A stretch of DNA of 64,000 nt from Candidatus Latescibacterota bacterium (GTDB lineage Bacteria > Latescibacterota > UBA2968 > GCA-2709665). Below the pieces are notes generated by a model that worked only from the letters and a program-made list of their open reading frames with translations, was not told where the DNA came from and did not search any database. Position 1 is the first letter of the stretch. Each line of letters starts with the position of its first letter. The DNA lies in the NCBI GenBank assembly GCA_965116875.1, contig OZ220733.1, positions 736,001 through 800,000 of the forward strand, read 5' to 3'. The translations under genes were made by a program, and so were the position numbers. Below, in pieces: positions 30,192 to 42,578 of this stretch.

Positions 30192-31832
30192 ATGAACGCG
30201 GGTACGTTTTCCCGAACCTCGCGAAAAGGCGGAATAAGCTTGGGTTCGACCCTATCGAGTCAGGCGTCTCGCGTCTGGCGTCCATCCTCTGCGGGGATCA
30301 TACTCTGCCTGCTCCTCGAGACCCCCGCGTTCGCCGGCCCCGAAGCCCACTGCGGCACCCCCTATCTGCCCTCGCGTCCAATTCCCGTGGGGGCGGCAAA
30401 GAAAACGGCCGCCGAGACGTTTGACGTGGGCGACCCTCTGACCGTTCGCGTCTATCATTTCGGCGCGGTTCCGGGTACCGATCCGTACTACCTCACCACG
30501 ACGACATGCCGCCTGAAAGGCGAGCACTGCTATATCTTCGTGGAGGACGACGTCTGGGACGGCGCGCGCGTTTCGCCGGCCGCCCTGACTTCGCTAACCC
30601 GCGCCTTCGACCGGTCAACCCCCCGGTATCCCGACCGCGGGATTTACTCCATCGATACCGAAATCTTCGGTCCTCCGCCCGACGCGGACGGCGACCCGCG
30701 GATCGTGGTCGTACTGCTGGATATCATGGACAACATCGGGAGCGGCACGATCCTGGGTTATTACGATACTGCAAATCAGGCGGCGCCGATTGGCAGGGAA
30801 ATCCTCTACATCGACTGCGATCCCCTGGACCTGAACAGCGATCTGGCGCGCGCCACACTTGCCCATGAGTTCCAGCACATGCTGCACTGGAACGGCGATC
30901 CGGACGAAGACAGATGGGTGGACGAGGGCTGTTCGGAATATGCCGAGCTGGCCTGCGGCTACAAGAAGACATCCGGCGAGGTTGCGCAGAAATTTCTGGT
31001 CGTTCCGAACCTGCTCAAGTCGCCCGTCTCCAACCTCCCTGTTCCGCCCAATACCGGCCTGACGGATGATTCGAGCTGGTCCAGGGGCGCCTGGCTGCCG
31101 TTCCTGTTCGACCAGACCTTTCTGCTGATGACCTACTTCGCCCAGCGATACGGCGATACGGCCGTCGCGCGCCTCGTCGCCGAACCGTCAAACGGCATCG
31201 ACGGCTTCAATCGCGCCCTGGAAGACACCGGCGTGGAGGAACGGTTCGAACAGTTCTGGGCGGATTGGGCGGCCGCCGTGTTCGTGAACGATGACGGCGG
31301 ACGGGGATACCGCGGTCTCTCACTTGGGCCGGTCAGAAGGGATACCGTCGTTGTACCTGCCGACGATCTCGGCGGCGCCCTCCAGCTCTGGGGCATCGAC
31401 TATGTCGTGCCGCGTTCGTCCGGACCAGCCGGGCTCTCGGTGGACGTCAGGAGCGACAGTGACCTGCTTGTGACACTGGTTTCCAAACGGGATGACACGC
31501 ACGACGTCGCCGCCGTATCGGTCCCGCACGGCGCACGGCGCCGCATCGGTCTGTACGGCGAGTCGCCAACCGTATTGGCCTTCACGCGCACGTCCGCCGG
31601 TCCGCCGACCTATTCATTCTCTCTCGCCAGGCGGGAGGGCCACGTGCCGGCGGCGGCGGATTTCGACGCCAGCGGCACGGTTGGGTTCTCGGATTTCATC
31701 GCATTCGCCGCGGGATTCGGCAAATCAGCCGGCCGACCGGATTTCGACCCCTCGTTCGATCTGGACGGGGACGGCGCCGTGTCATTCCCGGACTTCATTC
31801 TATTCGCGCGGAATTTCGGCAAGTCGCCGTGA
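30192..31832 (+). CDS. M30-like zinc metallopeptidase with C-terminal dockerin-like domain
   Basis: ATLAHEFQHMLH...WVDEGCSEYAE; DFDASGTVGFSDF...DLDGDGAVSFPDF; start uncertain. Confidence 0.8.
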   Translation: MNAGTFSRTSRKGGISLGSTLSSQASRVWRPSSAGIILCLLLETPAFAGPEAHCGTPYLPSRPIPVGAAKKTAAETFDVGDPLTVRVYHFGAVPGTDPYYLTTTTCRLKGEHCYIFVEDDVWDGARVSPAALTSLTRAFDRSTPRYPDRGIYSIDTEIFGPPPDADGDPRIVVVLLDIMDNIGSGTILGYYDTANQAAPIGREILYIDCDPLDLNSDLARATLAHEFQHMLHWNGDPDEDRWVDEGCSEYAELACGYKKTSGEVAQKFLVVPNLLKSPVSNLPVPPNTGLTDDSSWSRGAWLPFLFDQTFLLMTYFAQRYGDTAVARLVAEPSNGIDGFNRALEDTGVEERFEQFWADWAAAVFVNDDGGRGYRGLSLGPVRRDTVVVPADDLGGALQLWGIDYVVPRSSGPAGLSVDVRSDSDLLVTLVSKRDDTHDVAAVSVPHGARRRIGLYGESPTVLAFTRTSAGPPTYSFSLARREGHVPAAADFDASGTVGFSDFIAFAAGFGKSAGRPDFDPSFDLDGDGAVSFPDFILFARNFGKSP

Positions 31833-31874
31833 GCGGCCAACCTGCAATTGGCCCCGTCCCGGATCCGCCTCTCG

Positions 31875-32609
31875 CTACTCCGCAAGCGCACACCGGCGCC
31901 AATAACCTGCGAAGTTTCGACCGAGCCACGCCAGCGGCGCCCGGAGCAGCACGTTGTATCCACCCCAGGTCCACCTTGTAACCCGCTTCAGTCCGGCCGC
32001 GGACGTCAATACGGCCGCACGGCCTTTCTCCATAGGCTCGGCCTCTTCGCCCAGCGTCAGCAATTCCCGCTCGTAGTTGAATCGAACCATATTCTGTGCA
32101 TGCGCGGCCAGCGCTTCAGGAGCCAGAATGCGGGTGTGGGGACAGACCGTATGGCGTTCCGTAAACAAAAAGGAAGAGACCCACCGTGCGGAGACCTTGC
32201 CGCGGGCGCCGCGCGCCGTCTCCTCGACGGCTTCCCGGCTCAATACCCCGTAGGTGCGGCAGACCAGCGGCCGAACCGGATAAATCGAACATCCGCCGGC
32301 GTCGGTAAGAAACGGGCACCGCGCAGGCCGTTCTTCGGTCAGAGCCAGTACGGCGTCGCGTCGTCCGGCCTCGAAGTGGTCCTGTACGTAGTCGACGATG
32401 TTGAAGTACTCGACCGAATACAACGGATACATGGTTGCAAAATCCGCTTCCATTTCCTCTGTCGTGAGTTCACAGCACTGTCCCAACCGGTCGCAATGGC
32501 ACGAAACGGCCGGAACCTGATCGTAGACCGCCTGGAGTCGACGGCGTTCGGGTTCCGAGAGCGACCGCGGCTCGCGCGATGGAGCGATCTGTAACAATGG
32601 TGATTTCAC
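31875..32609 (-). CDS. YkgJ-family cysteine-cluster protein
   Basis: CHCDRLGQCC...CPFL....CSIYPVRPLVCRTYG. Confidence 0.82.
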   Translation of the reverse strand: MKSPLLQIAPSREPRSLSEPERRRLQAVYDQVPAVSCHCDRLGQCCELTTEEMEADFATMYPLYSVEYFNIVDYVQDHFEAGRRDAVLALTEERPARCPFLTDAGGCSIYPVRPLVCRTYGVLSREAVEETARGARGKVSARWVSSFLFTERHTVCPHTRILAPEALAAHAQNMVRFNYERELLTLGEEAEPMEKGRAAVLTSAAGLKRVTRWTWGGYNVLLRAPLAWLGRNFAGYWRRCALAE

Positions 32610-32620
32610 AGTCGAACTGC

Positions 32621-34986
<2,366 letters not shown>

Positions 34987-35105
34987 CTCGCCACGGTCTC
35001 CCGGAATGGCTGAATTATAGAAATCCGTCATTGGCCTGTCAAGCGCCAATTCCGCGAGAGTCATCGTTTTTCGCTTGACGTGTCCCCTGCTCCGCCTGAT
35101 TTTAC

Positions 35106-36401
35106 GTGTCCGGTTGCCCGCTGCTCGATGTAAACCCGATACCCGGATTTCGCGTGCGTTTCAGACCCGCTCTCATTCTTCCCGGCATTCTGATGGCCGC
35201 CACCGGCGTTGGCGCCGGGGACCTCCTCACGGCCAGCCTCGCCGGCTCCAGGATCGGCGTTGGCCTTGCGTGGGCGGCCGTGATCGGCGCGCTGCTCAAA
35301 TGGACGCTGAACGAGGGTATCGCCCGCTGGCAGATGGCCACCGGTACCACGATGCTGGAAGGCTGGGTCCACCGGCTCGGCGCGTGGGTGCAGTGGGTCT
35401 TCATTGTCTACCTGATCATCTGGAGCTTCTCGGTTGGCGGCGCGCTGGTGACGGCCTGCGGCGTGGCGGGCGCCGGCCTGCTTCCCATCGGCGATCCGGC
35501 GACGTCCAAAATCGTGTGGGGAATTGTCCACTCCCTGGTCGGCCTGGCCCTGGTCTGGATCGGCGGGTTCCGCGTGTTTGAAATTCTGATGTCGGCGTGC
35601 ATCGGACTGATGTTCGTTACCGTTCTGCTCACCGCCCTGCTTCTGGGACCGGACTGGAACGCCCTGGCACGGGGCCTGTTCTTTCCTGCCATTCCGACCG
35701 GCGGCATGGGCTGGACGCTGGGCGTACTGGGAGGCGTCGGCGGTACGGTTACCCTCCTGTCGTACGGGTACTGGATCCGTGAAACCGGCAGACAGGGCCG
35801 GGAGGGCGTGTCAACCTGTCGCGTCGATCTGGCGGTGGGGTACACCGTCACCGCGCTGTTCGGCGTTGCGATGATCATCATCGGTTCGCGGGTCGCTCTG
35901 GACGGGAAGGGCGCGTCGCTGGCGCTCATCCTCTCGAGCCAACTCGAATTGGCGCTCGGGGCGCCAGGCAAATGGGCTTTCCTGCTGGGCTTCTGGGGCG
36001 CGGTCTTCTCCAGCCTGCTCGGCGTGTGGCAGAGCGACCCGTACATGTTCGCGAATTTCCTCGCGCTGCGTAAAGGGGTCTCTCCCGAAGCCTTTCAGAA
36101 GTCGGACATCCTGCGATCCGCTCCCTACCGCGCGTACCTGGTCGGTCTGGCGACTGTGCCCCTCGTGCTGTTGTGGGGCTCCGTGGCCGAGGTCCAGCTC
36201 ACCTATGCCGTCCTGGGTTCGTTCTTCCTGCCCCTGGTCGCGCTCACCCTGCTGCTGATGAACAACAGGACGGACTGGGTGGGACCCGGATTTAAAAGCC
36301 ACCCGGTCATCAATGCCATCCTCGTTGCCACCCTTCTGTTCTTCGGATACACCGGCGCGAAGAAAGTCGTTGACACGCTAGGCCCGATTCTGGGCGGCTG
36401 A
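35106..36401 (+). CDS. NRAMP-like divalent metal/solute transporter
   Basis: PGILMAATGVGAGDL, EGIARWQMATG; about 11 TM segments. Confidence 0.8.
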   Translation: MSGCPLLDVNPIPGFRVRFRPALILPGILMAATGVGAGDLLTASLAGSRIGVGLAWAAVIGALLKWTLNEGIARWQMATGTTMLEGWVHRLGAWVQWVFIVYLIIWSFSVGGALVTACGVAGAGLLPIGDPATSKIVWGIVHSLVGLALVWIGGFRVFEILMSACIGLMFVTVLLTALLLGPDWNALARGLFFPAIPTGGMGWTLGVLGGVGGTVTLLSYGYWIRETGRQGREGVSTCRVDLAVGYTVTALFGVAMIIIGSRVALDGKGASLALILSSQLELALGAPGKWAFLLGFWGAVFSSLLGVWQSDPYMFANFLALRKGVSPEAFQKSDILRSAPYRAYLVGLATVPLVLLWGSVAEVQLTYAVLGSFFLPLVALTLLLMNNRTDWVGPGFKSHPVINAILVATLLFFGYTGAKKVVDTLGPILGG

Positions 36402-36635
36402 TCGCCTTGTGTCCCTGGCAAGCATCATCGTTGGTACACAAGGCGGATCGTGCGACCGGAAGAATCGGTCGCACGATCCGTTCATGGGGATTGCCAGCTT
36501 CGAACGGTATTCCCTATTCCCCGATTGGAAAGCCGACACCGATTTGAAAAATGAGATTTCGGTTTTTGATGTCCTCGTCGCCGGTCTCGTCAACCGCAAG
36601 AAGCCCGAGCGTGTAGCGCAAGTCCACCGAGACGG

Positions 36636-37613
36636 TCAGTCCAGGACGCGGTCCTGTCCGGCCGAGGCCTCGTCGAGAAGGGCCCGGTCCTCCGGCGTGA
36701 TCGACCAGCCTACGGCGCCGGCGTTCTCCTCCATGTGAGCCACCGTGTCGCCGCCGGTGATCGCGGCCGTCACCTCGGGGTGGGAGAGCACCCAGTTGAT
36801 CGCCGTCTGCGCCACGGTGCGGCCGTGGGCGCCGGCGATCTTTCGCAGAATTTCAAGGGTCCGGCCCGCCGGCTCGTTGAGATCCTTCTCCAGGGCTTCG
36901 GCGCGGCCCCTGGCGTAAAGGGTGCCTTCAGGCGGTGGTTCTCCGGGGGTGTACACGCCGGAAAGCAGGCCCACCCCCAGGGGGCTGTAGGTCATGACCC
37001 CGAACCTCCGGTCGCGCTGCGCCGGCCACATCTCATGCTCAAGCTCGCGGTTGAGGAGGTTGTAGGGGTTCTGGATGCATATGAGGGGATCGAGCCCGAG
37101 GCGGTCCTGCGTCCACAGCGCCTTGAGTACCTGCCAGGCCTGGAAGTTGGAAACGCCCACGTAGCGCGTCTTGCCTGCTCGCACCACGTCATCGAGGGCG
37201 CGCAGGGTCTCCTCGAGGGGCGTCTCCTCGTCGTACACGTGCAGGATATAGATGTCAATGTGATCGGCCTGGAGGCGGGCCAGGGTGCGGTCGATCTCCC
37301 GCAAGATGTGATAGCGCGACAGGCCGGCGTCGTTGGGCCCCTCGCCGATGCGGCTGGCGACCTTCGAGGTCACCACAAGGTCGTCGCGGTGCCGCTTGAG
37401 AACGCGCGCGAGTAGCTGCTCCGACGTGCCGCGGGTCTCGTAGGCGTCCCCGAGGCCGTAGACGTTGGCGCAGTCAATGAAGTTGATTCCGAGCTCGATA
37501 CCCCGTTCGATGACGCGTTCCGCCTCGTCGACGTTGTCCTGCCCGCGCAGGCCCAGTCCGTAGGCCAGGCGCGACACCTTCAGGCCGGAATGGCCGAAAT
37601 TGACGTATTCCAT
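36636..37613 (-). CDS. aldo/keto reductase
   Basis: GINFIDCANVYG, KTRYVGVSN, QNPYNLLNR, YSPLGVGLLSG; GGAGGAG RBS. Confidence 0.93.
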   Translation of the reverse strand: MEYVNFGHSGLKVSRLAYGLGLRGQDNVDEAERVIERGIELGINFIDCANVYGLGDAYETRGTSEQLLARVLKRHRDDLVVTSKVASRIGEGPNDAGLSRYHILREIDRTLARLQADHIDIYILHVYDEETPLEETLRALDDVVRAGKTRYVGVSNFQAWQVLKALWTQDRLGLDPLICIQNPYNLLNRELEHEMWPAQRDRRFGVMTYSPLGVGLLSGVYTPGEPPPEGTLYARGRAEALEKDLNEPAGRTLEILRKIAGAHGRTVAQTAINWVLSHPEVTAAITGGDTVAHMEENAGAVGWSITPEDRALLDEASAGQDRVLD

Positions 37614-38084
37614 GCGCTCCTCCCTGTACTCTCCCGTTATCGGACAGCTCCGAAGCGTTGAAAATGCCTTCGAAATCCAGTCTGTTCTCGCGATAATATT
37701 TCGTTCCGCGACGGTCCCGGAACGACGTTCAGCAGACATCTAACTTATCGCAAATCCCGCCGCAAATCTATTCCTTTTCGCGGCTCGTCTTACCGACCCA
37801 ACCATTACCACGGAGTTGAATCGTGTCCGCGTCCGGCCCACTTGACGTGTGAAGAATGACGCAAGCTGTAAATGCAATTTCACGTCGGACGGAACTCTCC
37901 CCGGGGTGTCGCGAAAACTGCAACAAGATACGCCTGTCCATCATCCGGTCGCGCCAGACGACCCCATGCGGTTGCCCACCCTCCCGTCGCTGACGTTGTC
38001 AACGGACAGGACAGGATAACCGTTTCCACCCTGCGAAACCTGGCATGAAGCAATCAGCGATGCAAAATGGAGATGAGCCTCAAT

Positions 38085-39434
38085 CTACGTACCGAACGCA
38101 TCCACAAACTTGAAAAAGTCCGCGAAATCCACGGTGCCGCTCCCGTCCAGATCGAACTTCGCGTTCGTGCTGCCGTACGCGTCGGCAAAGAGGAAGAAAT
38201 CCACGAAGTCGGTCCGGCCGTCGCCGTTGAAGTCTGTTGAGGCCGGACCCTGCACCAGCGGTGTACCGATACGGACGGCCGACCACGATCCGGGTCCCCT
38301 GTTGGTGACCGCACGCAACTGCAGGTCGTACCGGGCGCCGCCCGCCAACCCGGTCACCTCGTACGTCAGCGTGCCGGAACCGGTTGTCCGGACGTACCGC
38401 AATACAGTCCAGTTGGCTTCGGCCTTGTCCGGGGCGTCGCTGCGAATGTAGCGCACGTCGTAGCCGGTAATAATCACGGTGCCGGTTTCGATCGGAGGTT
38501 CGCGCCACGAGATGGTGAGCGAGCCGGTTCCGGCTGTGACCGAAAGGATGGCCGGCGCGTCCGTGCGGAGCGTGAGGTCATAGGCATACAGCTTCTTGTC
38601 CACGTAGTCGGCCACCCACATCGTCGTGCCGTTCGACCAGATCCCGACCGGGTGGCTGTTCCCGGCGGCATTCAGCGAATTGACGTCCCGAAAGGGGTTC
38701 CGGCCATAGTGCGTCAGATCGTACGCATAGATCTTCGCGTCGGCGTAGTCCGCCACCCACATCGTCGTGCCGTCGGACCAGATTCCCTGCGGGTGGTGGT
38801 TCCCGGCGGACCCAAGCGCACTGATTTCTCTCCCGAGATCTGCAACCTCGAGCTCCATGTCATAGGCATACAGCCTGGCGTCGGTGTAATCGGCCACCCA
38901 CATTGTCGTGTCGTTCGACCAGATACCCTCCGGGTTGTCGTTTCCGTTACGCTCCAGCCCGTTGACGTCATTGTCTGCGCTCCGGGCTCCGGTTGACATA
39001 TCGTAGGCATAGATCTTCTCTCCGAACCACGGGTCGTCTGCCACCCACATCGTCGTGCCGTTGGACCAGATGCCCTCCGGGTCGTCGTTTCCTGCGGCCG
39101 CCAGCGTATCGAAATCCTTGTTGGCTGCGCGCGCGCCGGAAGCCAGGTCATAGGCATACAGCTTCCCGTCAGCCTTGTCGGCCACCCACATTGTCGCGCC
39201 GTCCGACCAGATGCCCTCCAGGTCGTCGTTTCCCGCGGCCGCCAACCCATCGATATCCTTACCCGCGTCCCGGGCGCAGCACTCGCCACCGAAGATTTCC
39301 TGCCGCGAATGCAACTTTACCTCCTCATGGCCGCCAACCGGCACGTTGTTGCCCGTATCCGGATGGATCCACGACGCTGACGTGGCCGCCAGAAAGGAGG
39401 CGATAAACCCGATTCTGAAGATTCTGCTTCTCAT
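38085..39434 (-). CDS. GIWS-repeat propeller + FN3 + C-terminal dockerin-like domain
   Basis: Five GIWSxGTTMWVAD repeats; FN3 pattern (ISW..P, ITGYDVRY, TGL..GARYDLQLRAV); DFNGDGRTDFVDFF pair. Confidence 0.85.
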   Translation of the reverse strand: MRSRIFRIGFIASFLAATSASWIHPDTGNNVPVGGHEEVKLHSRQEIFGGECCARDAGKDIDGLAAAGNDDLEGIWSDGATMWVADKADGKLYAYDLASGARAANKDFDTLAAAGNDDPEGIWSNGTTMWVADDPWFGEKIYAYDMSTGARSADNDVNGLERNGNDNPEGIWSNDTTMWVADYTDARLYAYDMELEVADLGREISALGSAGNHHPQGIWSDGTTMWVADYADAKIYAYDLTHYGRNPFRDVNSLNAAGNSHPVGIWSNGTTMWVADYVDKKLYAYDLTLRTDAPAILSVTAGTGSLTISWREPPIETGTVIITGYDVRYIRSDAPDKAEANWTVLRYVRTTGSGTLTYEVTGLAGGARYDLQLRAVTNRGPGSWSAVRIGTPLVQGPASTDFNGDGRTDFVDFFLFADAYGSTNAKFDLDGSGTVDFADFFKFVDAFGT

Positions 39435-39578
39435 GTAATGGTGCCTCCGGGTCAACGAATGTGCAGAATACGACCACCTGAGCCGGTTCCGGTTCGTGAC
39501 TGGCGGTTGCACGACTTTCGAACGGATACGTTGGGATTCAAACCGGACAGTTCCAATCGGCGACGGCGCCAGAATCGC

Positions 39579-42578
39579 CTACGCGCCAAATGCATCGACG
39601 AATCTGAAGAAATCGGCGAAGTCGACCGTGCCGTTTCCATCCAGGTCGAATCTGGCGTCTGTGCTGCCGTACGCGTCAGCGAAGAGGAAGAAGTCCACGA
39701 AATCAGTCCGTCCGTCGCCGTTGAAATCAGTCGAGGCTTGTCCTCCGGTTACGCCACTGCCGAATATCTCCAGAGGCAGATCGGAGGACTTGACGAGGGT
39801 GTAGCCAAAATGGCCATTGGGCAGTCCCGGTAATGTGCCGATATTGACGGTAACCGCCGCGGTCGTGCCGGAGGTGCGTGCGACGGTCAGTGGCTGGCTC
39901 TCGACGCTACCCCTGGAAATCGCGACAGTCGTTGCGCCGCCGCTGATGCTGCCGTTCGCGACGGTAAGCGGCAGGACAATGTTAAAAGGAGCGCCGGCAG
40001 GGGCCACTGCCTTGAACTGCCCTTCTCCGGTTTTCTCCAGGGAAACGTTGAACGGCAGGGGATTGACTGCGTTGCCGTCCAGAGAAAGCCTGTTCAACCC
40101 GGTCAGTCCATCAAAAATGCTATCGGGCAGCGCTGTCAGCCGGTTGCCGATCATGCGCAGGTCCGAGAGTGCGGCCAGTCCTTCAAAGAGGCCCGACGGC
40201 AGCGTTGTCAACTGGTTCAGGCCGAAGCGGAGCGTTTGCAGGGACGATAGCCCGGAGAAAATGTCCTCAGGCAGGCTCGTGAGTTGGTTGCCATACAATA
40301 AAAGTTCCTCCAAACCCGCGAGCCCATCGAAGTCTCCGGATTTCAAGGACGTGATACCCTTGTCGTTGAGGTAAAGCGCCGTAATTCCATCCAGGTGAGT
40401 CGCCGTAACTTCCGCATAGTTCGAGACGTTTGGATCGTTTAGACGGACAACGCCGAGAATCGCTTCTCGCACCTGCGACGTGCGCTGGCTGACCGGAGTT
40501 ATCGAAGCGGCCCACTCGGACACATCCCAGAATTTGATCTGCCTGCTATTCGGCCTCGCATCATTGCCAATGAGCGTTCTTCCGTTTGGTGAAAACAACA
40601 GGCGCCGCACGCCACCCGGCCCACCTGAGATAGACGCCAGGAGTTCGCTCTTGGAAATGTCCCATAGTTCAATCAGACCGAAGGCCGTCACCGCGAGAAC
40701 GGTACCATCCGGCGAAAACACCGGATATGCGCGATTGTAATCGCTCATATCATTCACGGCCCCGGTCTGTGATCCTGTTGCCAGATCCCAGAGCTTGACT
40801 GCCCATGAAATAGGTGACGCGAGAAGCGTCCCATGCCTGGAAATCGCTACTGCTCCTTTTGCTCCAGTCTCGATGGTCGATATCGGGGTTTCTGTAGACA
40901 CGTTCCAGAGCCTGACGGTGCCGGTATTCGACACGGAAGCAAGCTTCCCATCGCCCATAAAGGCGACTTTGCCTATTCTTTCGGCGTGTCCTTCAAGGGT
41001 CGTGCGGGTTGCCCACGTCGCCACGCTCCACAACTTTACCGTGCGGTCGAATGATCCGGAAGCGAGCATCGAACCATCCGGCGAAAAGTCCAGAGATACG
41101 ACTTGATCCGTATGGCCTCCGAGCGTCGCGACCTCTGCTTTGCTGGTCACGTTCCACACTTTGATAGCGCCCTCCCGGGACCCTGCGGCGAGCAGCGTCC
41201 CGCCGGGAGAAAACGCTACAGCATAGATCGTGTTGGCCGAATGGCGAAAGGTGGCTATCGTCTCCCTTTTCGCAGCGTCCAACAACTCCACTCCGCTGCC
41301 GCCTATTGCAAGAAACACGCCGTCAGGAGACATCGCCAGACTGCCGATGTCATATTGATGAGGCATGTCGATTGTGGCGATATGCTGCGGCGAGTGTCCC
41401 GCCTCGAGGAAAAAGCGTATGGGACTGACAGTGCTGGTCCTGTTCCCATTGGTATCGACTGCGACAACATGTATAGGATGCTGAACCGTGTTGGAAAGCG
41501 TCGTATGCGCTTCCGCCACGGTGCCGACGTTGTCAGACGGGAGCCTGCCGTCAAAGCTGAATTCAACGACGGTATCCGTTTCGCCGGACAATCCGTCACA
41601 CGCTTTCACTTCGGGGGTGCCACCCAGAAAGGGGTTCCTGGGGCGAACGAACAGGATGACCTGGTGAAGACCATCGTCATCGCTGACTCTCAGCTGGACG
41701 GGTGTACTCACTGAACCGAACGGATACTCAGATGAAACGAGTTCAACGGTGGGCGGTGATTCGTTTTCGAGTGGTACATCGGGGTCGAAATACGGATGCG
41801 CCGCCAGAAACTCTGCGGCGCAAGCTGACAACGCGCCGGATGACCGGTCCGCGCGTCCGTACGACATGATGTACTTATCATCACGGAAGTCGTGGTGAAG
41901 GCCGAACGCATGCCCCAGTTCGTGGGCGCCGGCAAACCAGTCCCATTCGCCGTATATCATCGCCCATCCGCTGTCCTTCGTACCTGTTCCGCGTCCATGG
42001 GCGGTTCTGCTACTGACGTCCATGACAACCAGCGCGATGTTCTTCGAGTTGTCGAAGGCGCGTTTTATTTCGCCTTCCGTATATCCCCGGCTGCTATAGT
42101 GGCTGTCCGCATAGTCCCCATCGATGCGATGAACGACCGGATCGCCCTGGTCATCGGTTTCAACCTGGAAAGTCGTGTCTCCGTATCCGAGCGCCTCCAT
42201 CTGCTCGCCAAAGAACGTCTGAAGATCGAGAATCCCCGCTTTCATCGAATCCACGACTTCGGTGCGGTACGGCCGGTCGTTCGGCAGGAAATAGAAGAGA
42301 CGCACTGTGCGGGGTTCCCCCACGTTCAGGTCGGACGCCCGCTTACCGGCGGGACCCGGCTCATCGCTCTGCCAATGTTCGGGATCGAAAGGCAGGCAGA
42401 AATGCGCGCTGTCGGCAGGCACGGAAGATGCCTGGCCGTCTGACGGCGGGTGCAGAAATACAGCCAGAACTGCCAGCATTGCCATATGCGAATTCGTCTT
42501 CACGTCAGGAGCCCCCGTCTGTGACGTATGCCCCAGGGTGAATCCGCGCGCCGAAGGCGCATTTCGCCAGGCGGTCAT
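39579..42578 (-). CDS. metzincin + WD40 + LRR + dockerin-like protein
   Basis: HELGHAFGLHH...IMSY Met-turn; GH...VKLW WD40 repeats; F.GL..L..L.L..NQLT.LP LRRs; C-terminal EF-pair. Confidence 0.85.
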   Translation of the reverse strand: MTAWRNAPSARGFTLGHTSQTGAPDVKTNSHMAMLAVLAVFLHPPSDGQASSVPADSAHFCLPFDPEHWQSDEPGPAGKRASDLNVGEPRTVRLFYFLPNDRPYRTEVVDSMKAGILDLQTFFGEQMEALGYGDTTFQVETDDQGDPVVHRIDGDYADSHYSSRGYTEGEIKRAFDNSKNIALVVMDVSSRTAHGRGTGTKDSGWAMIYGEWDWFAGAHELGHAFGLHHDFRDDKYIMSYGRADRSSGALSACAAEFLAAHPYFDPDVPLENESPPTVELVSSEYPFGSVSTPVQLRVSDDDGLHQVILFVRPRNPFLGGTPEVKACDGLSGETDTVVEFSFDGRLPSDNVGTVAEAHTTLSNTVQHPIHVVAVDTNGNRTSTVSPIRFFLEAGHSPQHIATIDMPHQYDIGSLAMSPDGVFLAIGGSGVELLDAAKRETIATFRHSANTIYAVAFSPGGTLLAAGSREGAIKVWNVTSKAEVATLGGHTDQVVSLDFSPDGSMLASGSFDRTVKLWSVATWATRTTLEGHAERIGKVAFMGDGKLASVSNTGTVRLWNVSTETPISTIETGAKGAVAISRHGTLLASPISWAVKLWDLATGSQTGAVNDMSDYNRAYPVFSPDGTVLAVTAFGLIELWDISKSELLASISGGPGGVRRLLFSPNGRTLIGNDARPNSRQIKFWDVSEWAASITPVSQRTSQVREAILGVVRLNDPNVSNYAEVTATHLDGITALYLNDKGITSLKSGDFDGLAGLEELLLYGNQLTSLPEDIFSGLSSLQTLRFGLNQLTTLPSGLFEGLAALSDLRMIGNRLTALPDSIFDGLTGLNRLSLDGNAVNPLPFNVSLEKTGEGQFKAVAPAGAPFNIVLPLTVANGSISGGATTVAISRGSVESQPLTVARTSGTTAAVTVNIGTLPGLPNGHFGYTLVKSSDLPLEIFGSGVTGGQASTDFNGDGRTDFVDFFLFADAYGSTDARFDLDGNGTVDFADFFRFVDAFGA

